Part shown: in pieces, positions 11,022 through 20,716 of the stretch
Layout of the letters: the number at the start of each line of letters is the position of its first letter
Position numbering within the stretch: the stretch's first letter is position 1
NCBI GenBank assembly: GCA_947176115.1
Contig: CAMWPK010000001.1
Coordinates: 1 to 29,068 of the forward strand
Direction of reading: 5' to 3'
DNA length: 29,068 bases
Origin: an uncultured Clostridia bacterium
GTDB lineage: Bacteria > Bacillota > Clostridia > Christensenellales > UBA3700
The notes under the pieces: model-generated
What the model was told of the DNA's origin: nothing
The model's input: only the letters and a program-made list of their open reading frames with translations
The model's database searches: none
Made by a program: the position numbers and the translations under genes

Positions 11022-11117
11022 ATGAAAGAATACGATTACGTGGAAGTTATAGTAGGAAAAGAAAAATACGCAAAGCAAGGCGTACACAAAGGCATGCGAG
11101 GGGTAATATATGAGTAA
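11022..11117 (+). pseudogene. Truncated DUF4926-like copy (31 aa)
   Basis: Reads MKEYDYVEVIVGKEKYAKQGVHKGMRGVIYE*. It is not in the ORF track and stops 8 bp before a REP-like repeat. Confidence 0.75.
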
Positions 11118-11125
11118 ATGCTGTT

Positions 11126-11154
11126 GAGATTTCTCCACTACGGTCGAAATGACA
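11126..11154. repeat. TGTC-tagged REP-like repeat, short variant
   Basis: GAGATTTCTCCACTACGGTCGAAATGACA. Confidence 0.85.
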
Positions 11155-11178
11155 TTAAAATTTTAATTACGTTATATA

Positions 11179-11523
11179 TTATTTTAGCAAAAACAACGCT
11201 ACTACCGCGCAAAACGCAATCAATGCGGTGAAGCCTAGCGTAACGCTTTGTAGTATTATTTGCGTGACGGAGTGCCTGTCTATTTGGCGCAGACGGTGAA
11301 CGCTTTCGGCTTTGATTTTTTGCTCAAGTTGTTTCTCGTCGAGCTTTACAAGTTTGTAATACTTTTCCAAGCCTTTTACTCTGCCGACTTTGACAAAGCC
11401 CTCGGGGAGCGCGCCGATACTCTTCAACTTTTCTTCGCAAAGGCGAGTTTCTTCTTCGCTGGCAAGCATTAAGCCAAAATCAATTTGCTCTCCAAATTCG
11501 TCAAACGCTTTTATCTTTTTCAT
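11179..11523 (-). CDS. Hypothetical protein with a C-terminal membrane anchor
   Basis: SD GGAG before the ATG, and a hydrophobic C-terminus (IILQSVTLGFTALIAFCAVVALFLLK). Confidence 0.7.
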   Translation of the reverse strand: MKKIKAFDEFGEQIDFGLMLASEEETRLCEEKLKSIGALPEGFVKVGRVKGLEKYYKLVKLDEKQLEQKIKAESVHRLRQIDRHSVTQIILQSVTLGFTALIAFCAVVALFLLK

Positions 11524-11550
11524 TTTTTCTCCAAATTAATTAACTTAATT

Positions 11551-11589
11551 AGACCCATTCGACTCCGCTATGCTTCGCTCAGGGTGACA
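11551..11589. repeat. TGTC-tagged REP-like repeat, second subfamily
   Basis: AGACCCATTCGACTCCGCTATGCTTCGCTCAGGGTGACA has the same GACA end and an internal CGCT..CGCT; it is enclosed by a 12-bp inverted repeat. Confidence 0.7.
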
Positions 11590-11690
11590 TGATATATTTA
11601 GAATCTCTAATTAAGTTTAATAGCAACACTTAATTATCGGCTCTTATTATTTTTTATCAAATAGGGCACTTCGACTAGCTCTCGTCGGGA

Positions 11691-11729
11691 GAGATTTCTC
11701 CATTCCGCTACGCTACAGTCGAAATGACA
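11691..11729. repeat. TGTC-tagged REP-like repeat, long variant
   Basis: GAGATTTCTCCATTCCGCTACGCTACAGTCGAAATGACA, abutting the ROK gene stop codon. Confidence 0.85.
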
Positions 11730-12683
11730 CTATAATACCAACGCGGCCGCGCCGAGTATGCCCGCATCGTTCTTAAGGCTTGCAGTCTTAACGTCTACGG
11801 TAGGGTTGAATTTAGCGCCGAACCTGCCTTCGTTGACAGCCTTTTGAATTGGATTGGTGAGGTATTCCTTTTCGTTGCTGATTCCGCCTCCGATTAGAAT
11901 TGCTTCGGGGCAGAAGATATTGACTAGGTTGACAACTCCGCAAGATATGTAGCTAATATAATTATCTACTACTTCCTGACCGGCTTTGTCGCCTTGCTTA
12001 GCAGCCATAAAAGACGTTTTGCCGGATACTTGACCTTCTTCCTTAGCGAGTTTGTGCATCAAGCTGTCAGGGTTCTTATCCATAGCTTCTTTGGTCTGTC
12101 TGATAAGCGCAGTAGCAGACGCGTACGTTTCCCAACATCCGCGAGCTCCGCAATTACAAAGGGGAGCGTCTTTTGACATATTGATGACCATATGACCGCC
12201 TTCCGCGCCGGCGCACTCTCTTCCTTCAAAGAGTTTTCCGTCCATAACAAAGCCTGTGCCCACGCCTGTGCCTAGCGTTACGAAAATAACGTCCTTATAT
12301 CCTTTGCCTGCGCCAAATACTACTTCGCCAAGCGCGGCGCAATTTGCGTCGTTGTTTATGTAAATAGGCAAGTCATAATACTTTTTGAGCTCGTCTACTA
12401 CGGGGACTCTTTCCAAAGCTATGTTGTTGCTGTATCTTATTAGACCTTTTTTGGAATCGATAGAACCGGGTTGACCAATGCCGATACCGCGCACGTCCTT
12501 AATACTTATCTTTGCGCCTTCAATAACCAAGTCGATGACCTTTCTTATGTCCTCGCTTATGCTGTAGTCAGCCGTATATTTTTCCGTAGTGGGAATGGCA
12601 GTCTTGAAGATTATTTCGCCCTTTTGCGTAACAACTCCGCCCTTAATGCTCATACCGCCTACGTCAATTCCTATTAAATACAT
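11730..12683 (-). CDS. ROK-family sugar kinase (glucokinase-like)
   Basis: IGIDVGG, NDANCAALGE, TLGTGVG, EGGH and the CNCG..GCWE Zn motif are present. The start is moved to 12683, behind the SD AAGGGAG. Confidence 0.93.
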   Translation of the reverse strand: MYLIGIDVGGMSIKGGVVTQKGEIIFKTAIPTTEKYTADYSISEDIRKVIDLVIEGAKISIKDVRGIGIGQPGSIDSKKGLIRYSNNIALERVPVVDELKKYYDLPIYINNDANCAALGEVVFGAGKGYKDVIFVTLGTGVGTGFVMDGKLFEGRECAGAEGGHMVINMSKDAPLCNCGARGCWETYASATALIRQTKEAMDKNPDSLMHKLAKEEGQVSGKTSFMAAKQGDKAGQEVVDNYISYISCGVVNLVNIFCPEAILIGGGISNEKEYLTNPIQKAVNEGRFGAKFNPTVDVKTASLKNDAGILGAAALVL

Positions 12684-12794
12684 AATGAATTCTCCCTTTA
12701 TTGTATGCATATTCTTGCATTATATCTATTATACAATAAAAGCAACGTAAAAGCAAGATTTTATAATGAAGATTTTCTAGATGTAAGAATGGAT

Positions 12795-12823
12795 GAGATT
12801 TCTCGACTACGCTCGAAATGACA
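12795..12823. repeat. TGTC-tagged REP-like repeat, short variant
   Basis: GAGATTTCTCGACTACGCTCGAAATGACA; 12796-12828 is identical to 3317-3349 over 33 nt. Confidence 0.88.
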
Positions 12824-12857
12824 TATTAACGGAATGACGTAATACGTACGTCAAACA

Positions 12858-13562
12858 TCATACGTGAAATTTTTTCTTTAATTCAGAGATAAGCGTCTTT
12901 TTGCCAAGCAGACAGCAGAAGATAATAATAACCGTGGATACGCAAGTTGACACGATTGCCAGAACGGGATGTACGATTACTTTGCACGCATAGAGTATTA
13001 TCGGAAGGTATCCCAGCGCGGAGATTATCAAAGTATCAATTACAACGCCACTCCAATACTTGAGCGCAATAGCCGTATATATACCTGTCGTTATTGACGC
13101 GACTATCAGTATTGCCGGCAGACCGTAGTCCCATACCCAAGTAGCGGAGTATTGCGGAGCTTGTTTGTCAATTAAGTAATTGACCGCCAAAAGCACAGCA
13201 AGTATTCCCACGCCTTGCCAAAATATTTTGATGCCGATGCCGTTGTTGGAAAGAATAGTATTGGCAATGAGAATAAAACCGTAGATAGCCAATATGCCCA
13301 CGATTGCGAACCAGTATAGATGCGGAGTCGTGAGTAAATTTATAGGTATGCTCAATATGAATAGCGTCAAAGCAATACTGATATAGAGCTTTGTGATAGA
13401 GAACTTTCTCTTATTACGAATTGACGTCTTTTGCTTATCAGGGTATGCTTTGGGCGCTTCGTATGGCATATCGAGATTTTCGGGGATGTGGAGTTTCTCG
13501 TGGCAAAGCGGACAAATCTTGCTCTCGCACGTCACTTGTATATTGCAATATTTACAACGCAT
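12858..13562 (-). CDS. DUF6320-like zinc-ribbon membrane protein
   Basis: N-terminal CKYC..CPLCH followed by several hydrophobic helices; it overlaps the upstream gene. Confidence 0.75.
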   Translation of the reverse strand: MRCKYCNIQVTCESKICPLCHEKLHIPENLDMPYEAPKAYPDKQKTSIRNKRKFSITKLYISIALTLFILSIPINLLTTPHLYWFAIVGILAIYGFILIANTILSNNGIGIKIFWQGVGILAVLLAVNYLIDKQAPQYSATWVWDYGLPAILIVASITTGIYTAIALKYWSGVVIDTLIISALGYLPIILYACKVIVHPVLAIVSTCVSTVIIIFCCLLGKKTLISELKKKFHV

Positions 13563-14856
13563 TGTCCACCTCCCAAAAGTTCGACGTTACTTGCAAATCT
13601 ATTCCGTCTTCGCTAAGGCGTTTTGCAAAGAGCCTTTCTATATCAGTGTCGGTAATTCGTCTTGTAAAGGTAATGCACGCTTTATCGTTGCAAGTTATGA
13701 CGGATAGCGACAGCGGAGTAGTAGCGTTGGAAGTGATAGAAAAACTAGCGCTGTCCACGTATTCTTTCATACTGTCAGGCAAGTCCAAAACGCCGAAGTT
13801 GGACAAAGTAGCCGTCTTTTTTGCCTTTCCCCAAAACGTATTGGAAAAGTTGAAAAATATCCTTTTCAAAAATAGCGGAATAAATCGAACCAAAAAGAAT
13901 TTTTCCGCCCATACCGTAGTGGAAATCTTATCTCTAAGACGGTCCTTGTTGAGATCTCTTGAGATATTGGCATGCATAATTTCAATGAGTTTATCAAGCT
14001 CCATATCTTCATAAGGATTTGCGCCTACGCGGGAAAATAGCGAGAAATTGCGCAACGTCTTGGATGGGAATATCTTACGCAAATTTATTGGCACAAAAAG
14101 CTGGATATCGTTGGCATCATCAACCTTGTCTTTGATTTTGCTTTCATATATAGAGAGCATGAAGAGAGCGCCTAAGTATTCCGTCATTGTACAACCCTTA
14201 GCGTGACAAACGTTGAGAAGTTGCTTTACGTCGCAATACATGTGTATGATACCGTTGCCGGCGTTGTCGAATAAAATACCGTTGATATGGTATGCTTTTT
14301 TGCCTTGCAATTCCTTGATTTTGAGTTTAGAAAGGGGTACGCGCTTATAGTTTTTAAGAAAAGCGTCCTCAAGTTCTTCCGTAGTGACGGGAGAGCCGAC
14401 GGTGAGTATTTTTTGGTCGGAGTAGACGTCGTAGCCAAGCAAGTTGAGGTACGTGTATACCAACGACTTGACAAACTCTGACGCTCCTGTGGCGTCGCAT
14501 ATAGCGTGGAAGAAATCGCAAACTATTTGATTCTTGAAATAGCTTACTCTAAAGCAATAACCGTTGCAATTCTTGTCAGTGATTTTTTTTATGGAAACAG
14601 GGTCGAGAGGATAGACGCTCAGCTTTGAATTGTTTTGGTCAAAGTAGTACCAAAACACGCCTTTCATAAGTCTGACTTGATATCCGGGGAAACGACCTAT
14701 CGTCAAGGATAACGCTTCTTGCAAAACTTCAGCGTCTACCTCTTTTTTGAGATTGACACTTAGGCGGAAAATATTTTGGCTTTTTTTGTTGACGAGCATG
14801 GGATAAATCTTTGCAGAGTTATCCAATTTGCTCCAAGTTTCTAATGATTTTGCCAC
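13552..14856 (-). CDS. Alcohol acetyltransferase-like (condensation-fold) acyltransferase
   Basis: WSKLDNSAKIYP, an HxxxD motif (HAICD), VPINLRK.FPS.TLRNF and SNFG are present. The start is moved to GTG 14856, behind AAGGA, because a TTGCCA-17-TATAAT promoter overlaps the upstream ATG. Confidence 0.8.
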   Translation of the reverse strand: MAKSLETWSKLDNSAKIYPMLVNKKSQNIFRLSVNLKKEVDAEVLQEALSLTIGRFPGYQVRLMKGVFWYYFDQNNSKLSVYPLDPVSIKKITDKNCNGYCFRVSYFKNQIVCDFFHAICDATGASEFVKSLVYTYLNLLGYDVYSDQKILTVGSPVTTEELEDAFLKNYKRVPLSKLKIKELQGKKAYHINGILFDNAGNGIIHMYCDVKQLLNVCHAKGCTMTEYLGALFMLSIYESKIKDKVDDANDIQLFVPINLRKIFPSKTLRNFSLFSRVGANPYEDMELDKLIEIMHANISRDLNKDRLRDKISTTVWAEKFFLVRFIPLFLKRIFFNFSNTFWGKAKKTATLSNFGVLDLPDSMKEYVDSASFSITSNATTPLSLSVITCNDKACITFTRRITDTDIERLFAKRLSEDGIDLQVTSNFWEVDNAL

Positions 14857-14962
14857 GCGCGGTCCTTGAATTGATTTAAGTATAGACATTATACCATAAT
14901 ATATTCGCGTTGGCAACCCGCATTGCTTGCAATGGATAATATTACATAAATTTTATAAAACG

Positions 14963-15493
14963 TTATCTATTGCTCTTTTTGAATTTGCCTACGGGGAGTT
15001 TGCGAGCAAAAATAGCGTCAAGTTCTTCGCAGGTGCCTTGGGTAATATGCGCCTTGTTAATTACGTGGCATTGATTGGATGCAATATACGTAAAGTAGTA
15101 TTGAGGCGTAGATATGACTTTGTAAAAATACGTATAGTCGGCTTTGGTGTGACTGAAAAAACTCTCGTCGCGCTTTTGCAAGTGCTCGATACCGTCCTCA
15201 GTAAATCTGTAAATCTCTTTCGTAGTGTTTTGCAAAAACGGACTTGTCTTTCTTACAACGCTTTGAGCGTATGCGTTTAGGAGTATCAAAATGGGCGGAA
15301 ACAACACGCCGACGGCTAGCAAAAAGATGCCGGCGAAAACGTCTGAGCTATCTTCAGCCATTACTATGCCCAATGCGCCTATACCTATTATAACTAAAGA
15401 AATCGCAACGCAAATAATAATAACTTTTTTCATACTCATTTTGTTGAGCGCTTTTTGCGCGTTGACGTCCAACTGTGTCTTAAATTCTATCAT
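14963..15493 (-). CDS. YcxB-like membrane protein
   Basis: Two N-terminal TM helices, followed by Y.FTEDGI..YTYFYKVI..YYF..HVINK. Confidence 0.7.
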   Translation of the reverse strand: MIEFKTQLDVNAQKALNKMSMKKVIIICVAISLVIIGIGALGIVMAEDSSDVFAGIFLLAVGVLFPPILILLNAYAQSVVRKTSPFLQNTTKEIYRFTEDGIEHLQKRDESFFSHTKADYTYFYKVISTPQYYFTYIASNQCHVINKAHITQGTCEELDAIFARKLPVGKFKKSNR

Positions 15494-15629
15494 AGCCTTT
15501 TCCTTTACCTAAGCGTAGATTTATATCGCGTAGGCTTCAAAATACATTATATAAATTGGCGCGACAAAAGTCAATACGCAAATAGAGAATGATTTGCATA
15601 AACATGAATAGCTTATTGTAAAATATACT

Positions 15630-15872
15630 ATGCAAATTTACGAATTGATAATTATATTTTTGGTAGGCGCAGGACTTGGCGTTATTGCAAGATATATCAT
15701 GGGATATAAAAAGAAATATTCGCCTTTCGTCGCTATCAATATCCTATTGGGCGGAGTTATGTGCGTAATTTGTCATTTGCTTTGCGGTAGCAATACATAC
15801 GCCGTATTTCTAAGCGGGGTAGGCGGGATAATATTCAATTTCTTATTCAGTGTCTATAGATTAATCTTTTAA
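15630..15872 (+). CDS. Small membrane protein
   Basis: 80 aa with three hydrophobic segments, followed by a terminator. Confidence 0.65.
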   Translation: MQIYELIIIFLVGAGLGVIARYIMGYKKKYSPFVAINILLGGVMCVICHLLCGSNTYAVFLSGVGGIIFNFLFSVYRLIF

Positions 15873-15878
15873 TAGAAA

Positions 15879-15909
15879 AAAGGCGTATTTGTCATACGCC
15901 TTTATTTTT
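15879..15909. terminator. Terminator between convergent genes
   Basis: AAAGGCGTAT-TTGTC-ATACGCCTTT with A and T tails. Confidence 0.75.
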
Positions 15910-15911
15910 GT

Positions 15912-16073
15912 TTACAATTTAGTTATTATTACTTTAGTGTTGGGAAAATCTTTAATTTTACAAATAAACTTCTCGTCAATTTCAATCCCTAAGAAATTGT
16001 CAAAAAGTAAATCACGCAAATAATCTTCCAACATATGTAAATTTGCCAAATCGATTTTATTATCACTGTTCAC
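15912..16073 (-). CDS. Small hypothetical protein (53 aa)
   Basis: GTG start at 16073, behind a strong SD GAGGAGG. Confidence 0.6.
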   Translation of the reverse strand: MNSDNKIDLANLHMLEDYLRDLLFDNFLGIEIDEKFICKIKDFPNTKVIITKL

Positions 16074-16139
16074 GGTTTTTTTCCTCCTCTTTTTAGAATT
16101 TAACAATAATATTTTTTCTTTAGTACCCTTAATACTCTT

Positions 16140-16283
16140 CTAAATTACAAATTCAGTTGAGATTATGACTTTCATTCCATTAGTTAATTTAATTTTTATT
16201 TCGTTTTCCGAAAATACGCATGGATTTGAGATTTCAGTTTCGATTCCAACTTTAATTATCTCGAAAATCAATGGGTCTAACAT
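16140..16283 (-). CDS. Small hypothetical protein (47 aa), probable homologue of 25044..25265
   Basis: ATG at 16283 behind AAAGGAGGAG; it gives a gapless by-eye match to the 25044 protein. Confidence 0.62.
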   Translation of the reverse strand: MLDPLIFEIIKVGIETEISNPCVFSENEIKIKLTNGMKVIISTEFVI

Positions 16284-16462
16284 AATTACTCCTCCTTTAA
16301 TAGTATTAGCGTTGGTACCTTGCTTAATAAATAGTTTATCATACCCTGACACTGACAGTCCACCATAATAAGACATATTTCGCATAGAATAAATAAGAAT
16401 TGAGGATTTTTGATGTAGAAAAATGTCGAAAATTAGCGAATGAGAAAGGGGAAGAGAAATCA

Positions 16463-16903
16463 ATGACAGAATTTATGAAAATTTTTCAAGAATTGTTGGA
16501 CGATAATAATTTAACAATAAGGTCATTTAGTGAGAAATCGGGCATTCCTTTCCAAGTTCTGTATTCATATAAGAATCAAGATTATTATCCGACTTTAAGC
16601 ATTGCGGAGAAGATAGCAAATTACTTTGGCTGTTCTTTTAATTATCTTTTTGGAGTAGACGACTATTTGCAACGCGAAGATTTTAATCCAATGAATATCA
16701 GTCTATTTTATCCAAGATATATCTCATTGTTGGAAAAGAATAAGGTGAGCCACTACTTTTTGTACAAACGTATAGGGCTTAATAATTCTAGTATTACAAA
16801 ATGGAAGAGAGGAGCAATTCCCAAAGTTGAATCTTTGAAATTGATAGCAGAGTACTTTAACGTTAGTATTGACTATCTAGTAGGAAGAAGCGATAATTAT
16901 TAA
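16463..16903 (+). CDS. Double XRE-HTH transcriptional regulator
   Basis: Two HTH_3-like units are present (PTLSIAEKIANYFGCSFNYLFG and PKVESLKLIAEYFNVSIDYLVGRS). The start is moved to ATG 16463. Confidence 0.88.
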   Translation: MTEFMKIFQELLDDNNLTIRSFSEKSGIPFQVLYSYKNQDYYPTLSIAEKIANYFGCSFNYLFGVDDYLQREDFNPMNISLFYPRYISLLEKNKVSHYFLYKRIGLNNSSITKWKRGAIPKVESLKLIAEYFNVSIDYLVGRSDNY

Positions 16904-16907
16904 AAAA

Positions 16908-16936
16908 AGCAGGCATATCTTCACGATATGCCTGTT
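16908..16936. terminator. Terminator between convergent genes
   Basis: AGCAGGCATATC-TTCAC-GATATGCCTGTT. Confidence 0.75.
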
Positions 16937-16964
16937 GTATTTTGCAGAAATCGTTATAAATTTA

Positions 16965-17594
16965 TTATACTCTTGCGATTGCGTTGATTATAGACGCTAC
17001 GGCTTCGCCACTTGCCGTGGCATCACCGCTAGGAGCGCTGTCGCCACCTATCGAAGGTATCTTAAACCCATTGATAAACTGCCAGAAGACACCGCCTTCC
17101 TTTGCCACCGCTTCCATAAATTTGTTGAAGAGATTGTTGGTGACAAGCCAATTTGCAAAGGCGTCTTTTTGCGAATCTGCAATGACAGATTGCATAAAGT
17201 TGGCGTCTTTGAAAATATTGATTACGTATCCCATTAAAATCAATGCGACAAAGCCTACGAAAGCGTAGAAGAAACCTCCAAGGACTCTGTTGACACTGCT
17301 CAAAGGGGAGTCGGAAATTCTCTTGTTGACGACAAAGATAATCAAACTAAATATCGCGCAGGATATTATTGCTATAATCAATGCGCTGATACCCGACAAA
17401 ATTCCCGCATGGACGTCTTTCAATACAGGCGAAGAAGTGAGCGCTTTAGCAAGATACGGCGTAATAAATATCGTAAGCAAAGCAGTTCCGACGACAGCCA
17501 AAAGTCTAAGTAACGTCTTGACTATACCTCGCACTACGCCTACGATAAAGCATATCGCTAATACTATAATTGCTATGATAGATAATACTGACAT
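16965..17594 (-). CDS. CvpA-family membrane protein
   Basis: FIVGVVRGIVKT and NRVLGGFF motifs, four TM segments, and the SD AAGGAG. Confidence 0.8.
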   Translation of the reverse strand: MSVLSIIAIIVLAICFIVGVVRGIVKTLLRLLAVVGTALLTIFITPYLAKALTSSPVLKDVHAGILSGISALIIAIISCAIFSLIIFVVNKRISDSPLSSVNRVLGGFFYAFVGFVALILMGYVINIFKDANFMQSVIADSQKDAFANWLVTNNLFNKFMEAVAKEGGVFWQFINGFKIPSIGGDSAPSGDATASGEAVASIINAIARV

Positions 17595-17797
17595 AGATTC
17601 TCCTTATATGATTATGCCCGAAATTTTCTCGTTGATTACATTGTCATTATAATATTGTCAAGATTATATTGTCAATATAATTAAGGCTTATGTATTACAT
17701 TATATTTGTAGATTCTACAAAAAAGTACGTCAAAGTTTTTTGATATATTTGCAGGTCTTGGGTATAAAAATCCTAATGGGTGTAAACAATTACCACT

Positions 17798-18295
17798 ATG
17801 AAAAACTTGGTATTTTTATGTATAGGAACAACTAAAATCATTGGGGACAGCATAGGTCCCAAAGTGGGCGACAAGCTCAAAAATCAAGGCGTAAACGCAT
17901 ACGTATACGGCAATTCGCAAAGACAGGTCACGGCAATCAACGTCGATGATTACGCCAAAATGATAAAAGCCCGTCACAAAGACGATATCGTCATCGTAAT
18001 CGATTCGGCGCTTGGCAAGCTCAAAGATATCGGCGCAATTAAAGTCACGCAAAACGGTATTAAGCCGGGCGGAGCTTTCGACAAGAACAAAGAGCGAATC
18101 GGCGATATAGGTATACTTGCCGTAGTAGGCGACGCCGACGGCAACCGTATGCAAGAACTCAAAGACAGAGATGAAAATTTTATCTCTCATCTTGTGGATA
18201 AGGTAGCGGAATTTGCAAAGGGCTTGTTATTTAAGGCTGTAAGTCTTGGCGCAGTTCAAGGAGCGGAAACTCAAGAGCAAGTGTTTGTGTATTAA
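17798..18295 (+). CDS. yyaC: Spore protease YyaC (DUF1256) family
   Basis: FLCIGT..IGDSIGPKVG, VIDSALG, IKPG and IGDIGI motifs are present. Confidence 0.85.
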   Translation: MKNLVFLCIGTTKIIGDSIGPKVGDKLKNQGVNAYVYGNSQRQVTAINVDDYAKMIKARHKDDIVIVIDSALGKLKDIGAIKVTQNGIKPGGAFDKNKERIGDIGILAVVGDADGNRMQELKDRDENFISHLVDKVAEFAKGLLFKAVSLGAVQGAETQEQVFVY

Positions 18296-18501
18296 TCGCA
18301 TATGGGATTTTACTCATTCGGCGGGTATGGAAACGGGCAAAATATACTTATTTGATTTGTCTGATATCCCTACTCGCCGAATACTATATTTTACAAAAGT
18401 TATAGATAACATTATTGACTATTCTTTTATTATAATATATAATAATGTTGGCAATTTAATAATATATATAGTAAGCGAACACGTTTCGCTTGGAGGGAAA
18501 A

Positions 18502-20643
18502 GTGAACAAAAAAGCATTGTACACACGGATTGCGATTGTCGTAATTTTGGTTATAGTGATAATTACCTTTTTTTATTTTAGGTTCTTTAACAGTAAGACA
18601 GAGGAGATTGCGTATAGCAAAGGCGACGTCACAAGCACGGATTCGGGCATGGTGCAGAAGATTGAATCGGGTAAGATCGGAGCTTTGTATATAGAATCGT
18701 ATAAGGTCTACGCTCTCAAGTCAAGCGCGACGGAAGACGAATTAAAGGCGTTCTATAAAAATCCGACTAAGAAAGCCGACTACGTCGCAAATATCAGTTC
18801 CCGTCTTAATTTCGAAAATTATCTCGACGGTTTGCAAGATAGAATCGACGCGGGCGAGATAGAGGTAACGCTTCCGCAGTACGTCTTCAACGACCCAAAT
18901 TCGGGTATAAATATATCTTCGATAATTTTCCCGTTGCTTGCGTTGATAATCTGCGCGGTGGTTATCTTCATAATCTTCAGACAGAGCGCAAGTTCTAACC
19001 GTCAAGCTATGGACTTCGGTAAGACCAAGGCAAGACTTAATATGAACGTGTCGGTACGCTTTACGGACGTTGCGGGCGCAGAAGAAGAGAAAGAAGAGTT
19101 GCAAGAGATAGTCGAGTTCTTAAAAGACCCGCAAAAGTTTTTGGGGCTTGGCGCGAGAATACCAAAGGGCGTACTGCTGGTAGGTCCTCCGGGAACAGGT
19201 AAGACCTTGTTTGCAAAAGCCGTCGCAGGCGAATCCAACGTACCTTTCTTCTCCATAAGCGGTAGCGACTTTGTAGAAATGTTTGTAGGTACGGGCGCGG
19301 CGAGAGTAAGAGATTTGTTTAATCAAGCAAAGAAGAATATGCCGTGTATCATATTCATAGACGAAATAGACGCGGTCGGCAGACAAAGAGGATCGGGTCT
19401 TGGAGGCGGTCACGACGAGAGAGAGCAAACGCTCAACCAACTTCTCGTGCAAATGGACGGCTTTGAGAAAAACGAAGGCATAATTATTATGGCGGCTACC
19501 AACAGAGCGGATATTCTCGATCCCGCGTTGTTGCGTCCGGGCAGATTTGACAGACAGATATACGTCAACGTGCCTGACGTCAAGGGCAGAGAAGAAATTC
19601 TCAAAGTTCATTCGCGTAACAAACCTTTGGCGCAAGACGTATCCTTTAAGATACTTGCAAGAATGACGAGCGGATTTAGCGGAGCAGACCTTGAAAATCT
19701 TCTCAACGAAGCGGCTATACTTGCGGCAAGAGCAGGCAGAAGCGTAATCGTCATGGAAGACATCTTGGAAGGTATCAACAAGGTTATTGCAGGTCCGCAA
19801 AAGAAGTCGAGAATTGTCACCGACAGCGATAAGAGAATTACCGCATATCATGAGTCGGGTCACGCTATTATAGGCAAGTTGCTTGAAAATTGCGACGACG
19901 TTCAGGAAGTCAGCATTATTCCGAGAGGTATGGCGGCGGGTTATACTTTGACAAGACCGGAAAACGACGATTCGCATATCACTCGCAATAAGCTCATTGA
20001 TATGATTACTATGATGCTTGGCGGTAGAGCGGCGGAAGAGATAGTAATCAAGGATATTTCTACCGGCGCTTCCAACGATATTGAAAGAGCAAGCGATATC
20101 GCGAAGAAAATGGTAACTCAATGGGGTATGTCCAAGGCGATAGGCAATATGTATCTCGGCGGAGATAAAGAAGTGTTCCTTGGCAGGGATTACGGCACAA
20201 CTCATTCTTACAGCGACGATTTGGGCGGTATCATTGACAATGAAATCAAGTCTATTCTTGACAGTTGCTACACGAGGGCTTTGGAGATTTTGCAAGCCAA
20301 CCGTAAGATAATGGACAACATGGTCAAAGTTCTTTTTGAAAAAGAGACGATTTACACTGACGAAGTCAATATGCTCTTTGACGGCAAAACCGCCGACGAA
20401 GTAATAGCCTTTATTGACGAAAGACAGGCAAAGAAAGACTCATATAAAAAGAGCGAGGCTCCCAAGATAAATATCGTTGAGGAAAAGGTATTTGAAGAGG
20501 CTAAGAGCGAGAGCGCGCAAGTTGACGACACCGCGATAGAGCAGGCTTTCGACAATAAGGAAGATACTCAACCTCAAGAACAGAAAGCCGACGAAGAGCA
20601 AGAAAAATCGCAAGAGGAAGAGCAAGACCAACCAAAAGATTAA
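18502..20643 (+). CDS. ftsH: ATP-dependent zinc metalloprotease FtsH
   Basis: Two TM segments, [26 protein letters not shown] and the HExxH motif (HESGH) are present. The start is GTG 18502, behind GGAGG. Confidence 0.98.
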   Translation: MNKKALYTRIAIVVILVIVIITFFYFRFFNSKTEEIAYSKGDVTSTDSGMVQKIESGKIGALYIESYKVYALKSSATEDELKAFYKNPTKKADYVANISSRLNFENYLDGLQDRIDAGEIEVTLPQYVFNDPNSGINISSIIFPLLALIICAVVIFIIFRQSASSNRQAMDFGKTKARLNMNVSVRFTDVAGAEEEKEELQEIVEFLKDPQKFLGLGARIPKGVLLVGPPGTGKTLFAKAVAGESNVPFFSISGSDFVEMFVGTGAARVRDLFNQAKKNMPCIIFIDEIDAVGRQRGSGLGGGHDEREQTLNQLLVQMDGFEKNEGIIIMAATNRADILDPALLRPGRFDRQIYVNVPDVKGREEILKVHSRNKPLAQDVSFKILARMTSGFSGADLENLLNEAAILAARAGRSVIVMEDILEGINKVIAGPQKKSRIVTDSDKRITAYHESGHAIIGKLLENCDDVQEVSIIPRGMAAGYTLTRPENDDSHITRNKLIDMITMMLGGRAAEEIVIKDISTGASNDIERASDIAKKMVTQWGMSKAIGNMYLGGDKEVFLGRDYGTTHSYSDDLGGIIDNEIKSILDSCYTRALEILQANRKIMDNMVKVLFEKETIYTDEVNMLFDGKTADEVIAFIDERQAKKDSYKKSEAPKINIVEEKVFEEAKSESAQVDDTAIEQAFDNKEDTQPQEQKADEEQEKSQEEEQDQPKD

Positions 20644-20657
20644 GAATAAGAAAGTAT

Positions 20658-20695
20658 AAAAAACGCCCCCGACATGACGTCGGGGGTGTTTTTTT
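20658..20695. terminator. Bidirectional terminator
   Basis: AAAAAACGCCCCCGAC-ATGAC-GTCGGGGGTGTTTTTTT. Confidence 0.85.
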
Positions 20696-20716
20696 GCGGT
20701 ATGCAAACGGCGTTGA

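Noticed and set aside
19120-20295. 391-aa antisense ORF; similar long antisense ORFs at 7441-8211, 25405-26286, 13421-14014 and 26636-27205
   Set aside because: They lie entirely opposite well-conserved genes (ftsH, gyrA, fba, the acyltransferase and GH36) and have no motifs. They are typical codon-bias shadows.
20440-20643. Acidic low-complexity tails of FtsH (and GyrA) as novel domains
   Set aside because: Disordered acidic C-terminal tails are common in these proteins.
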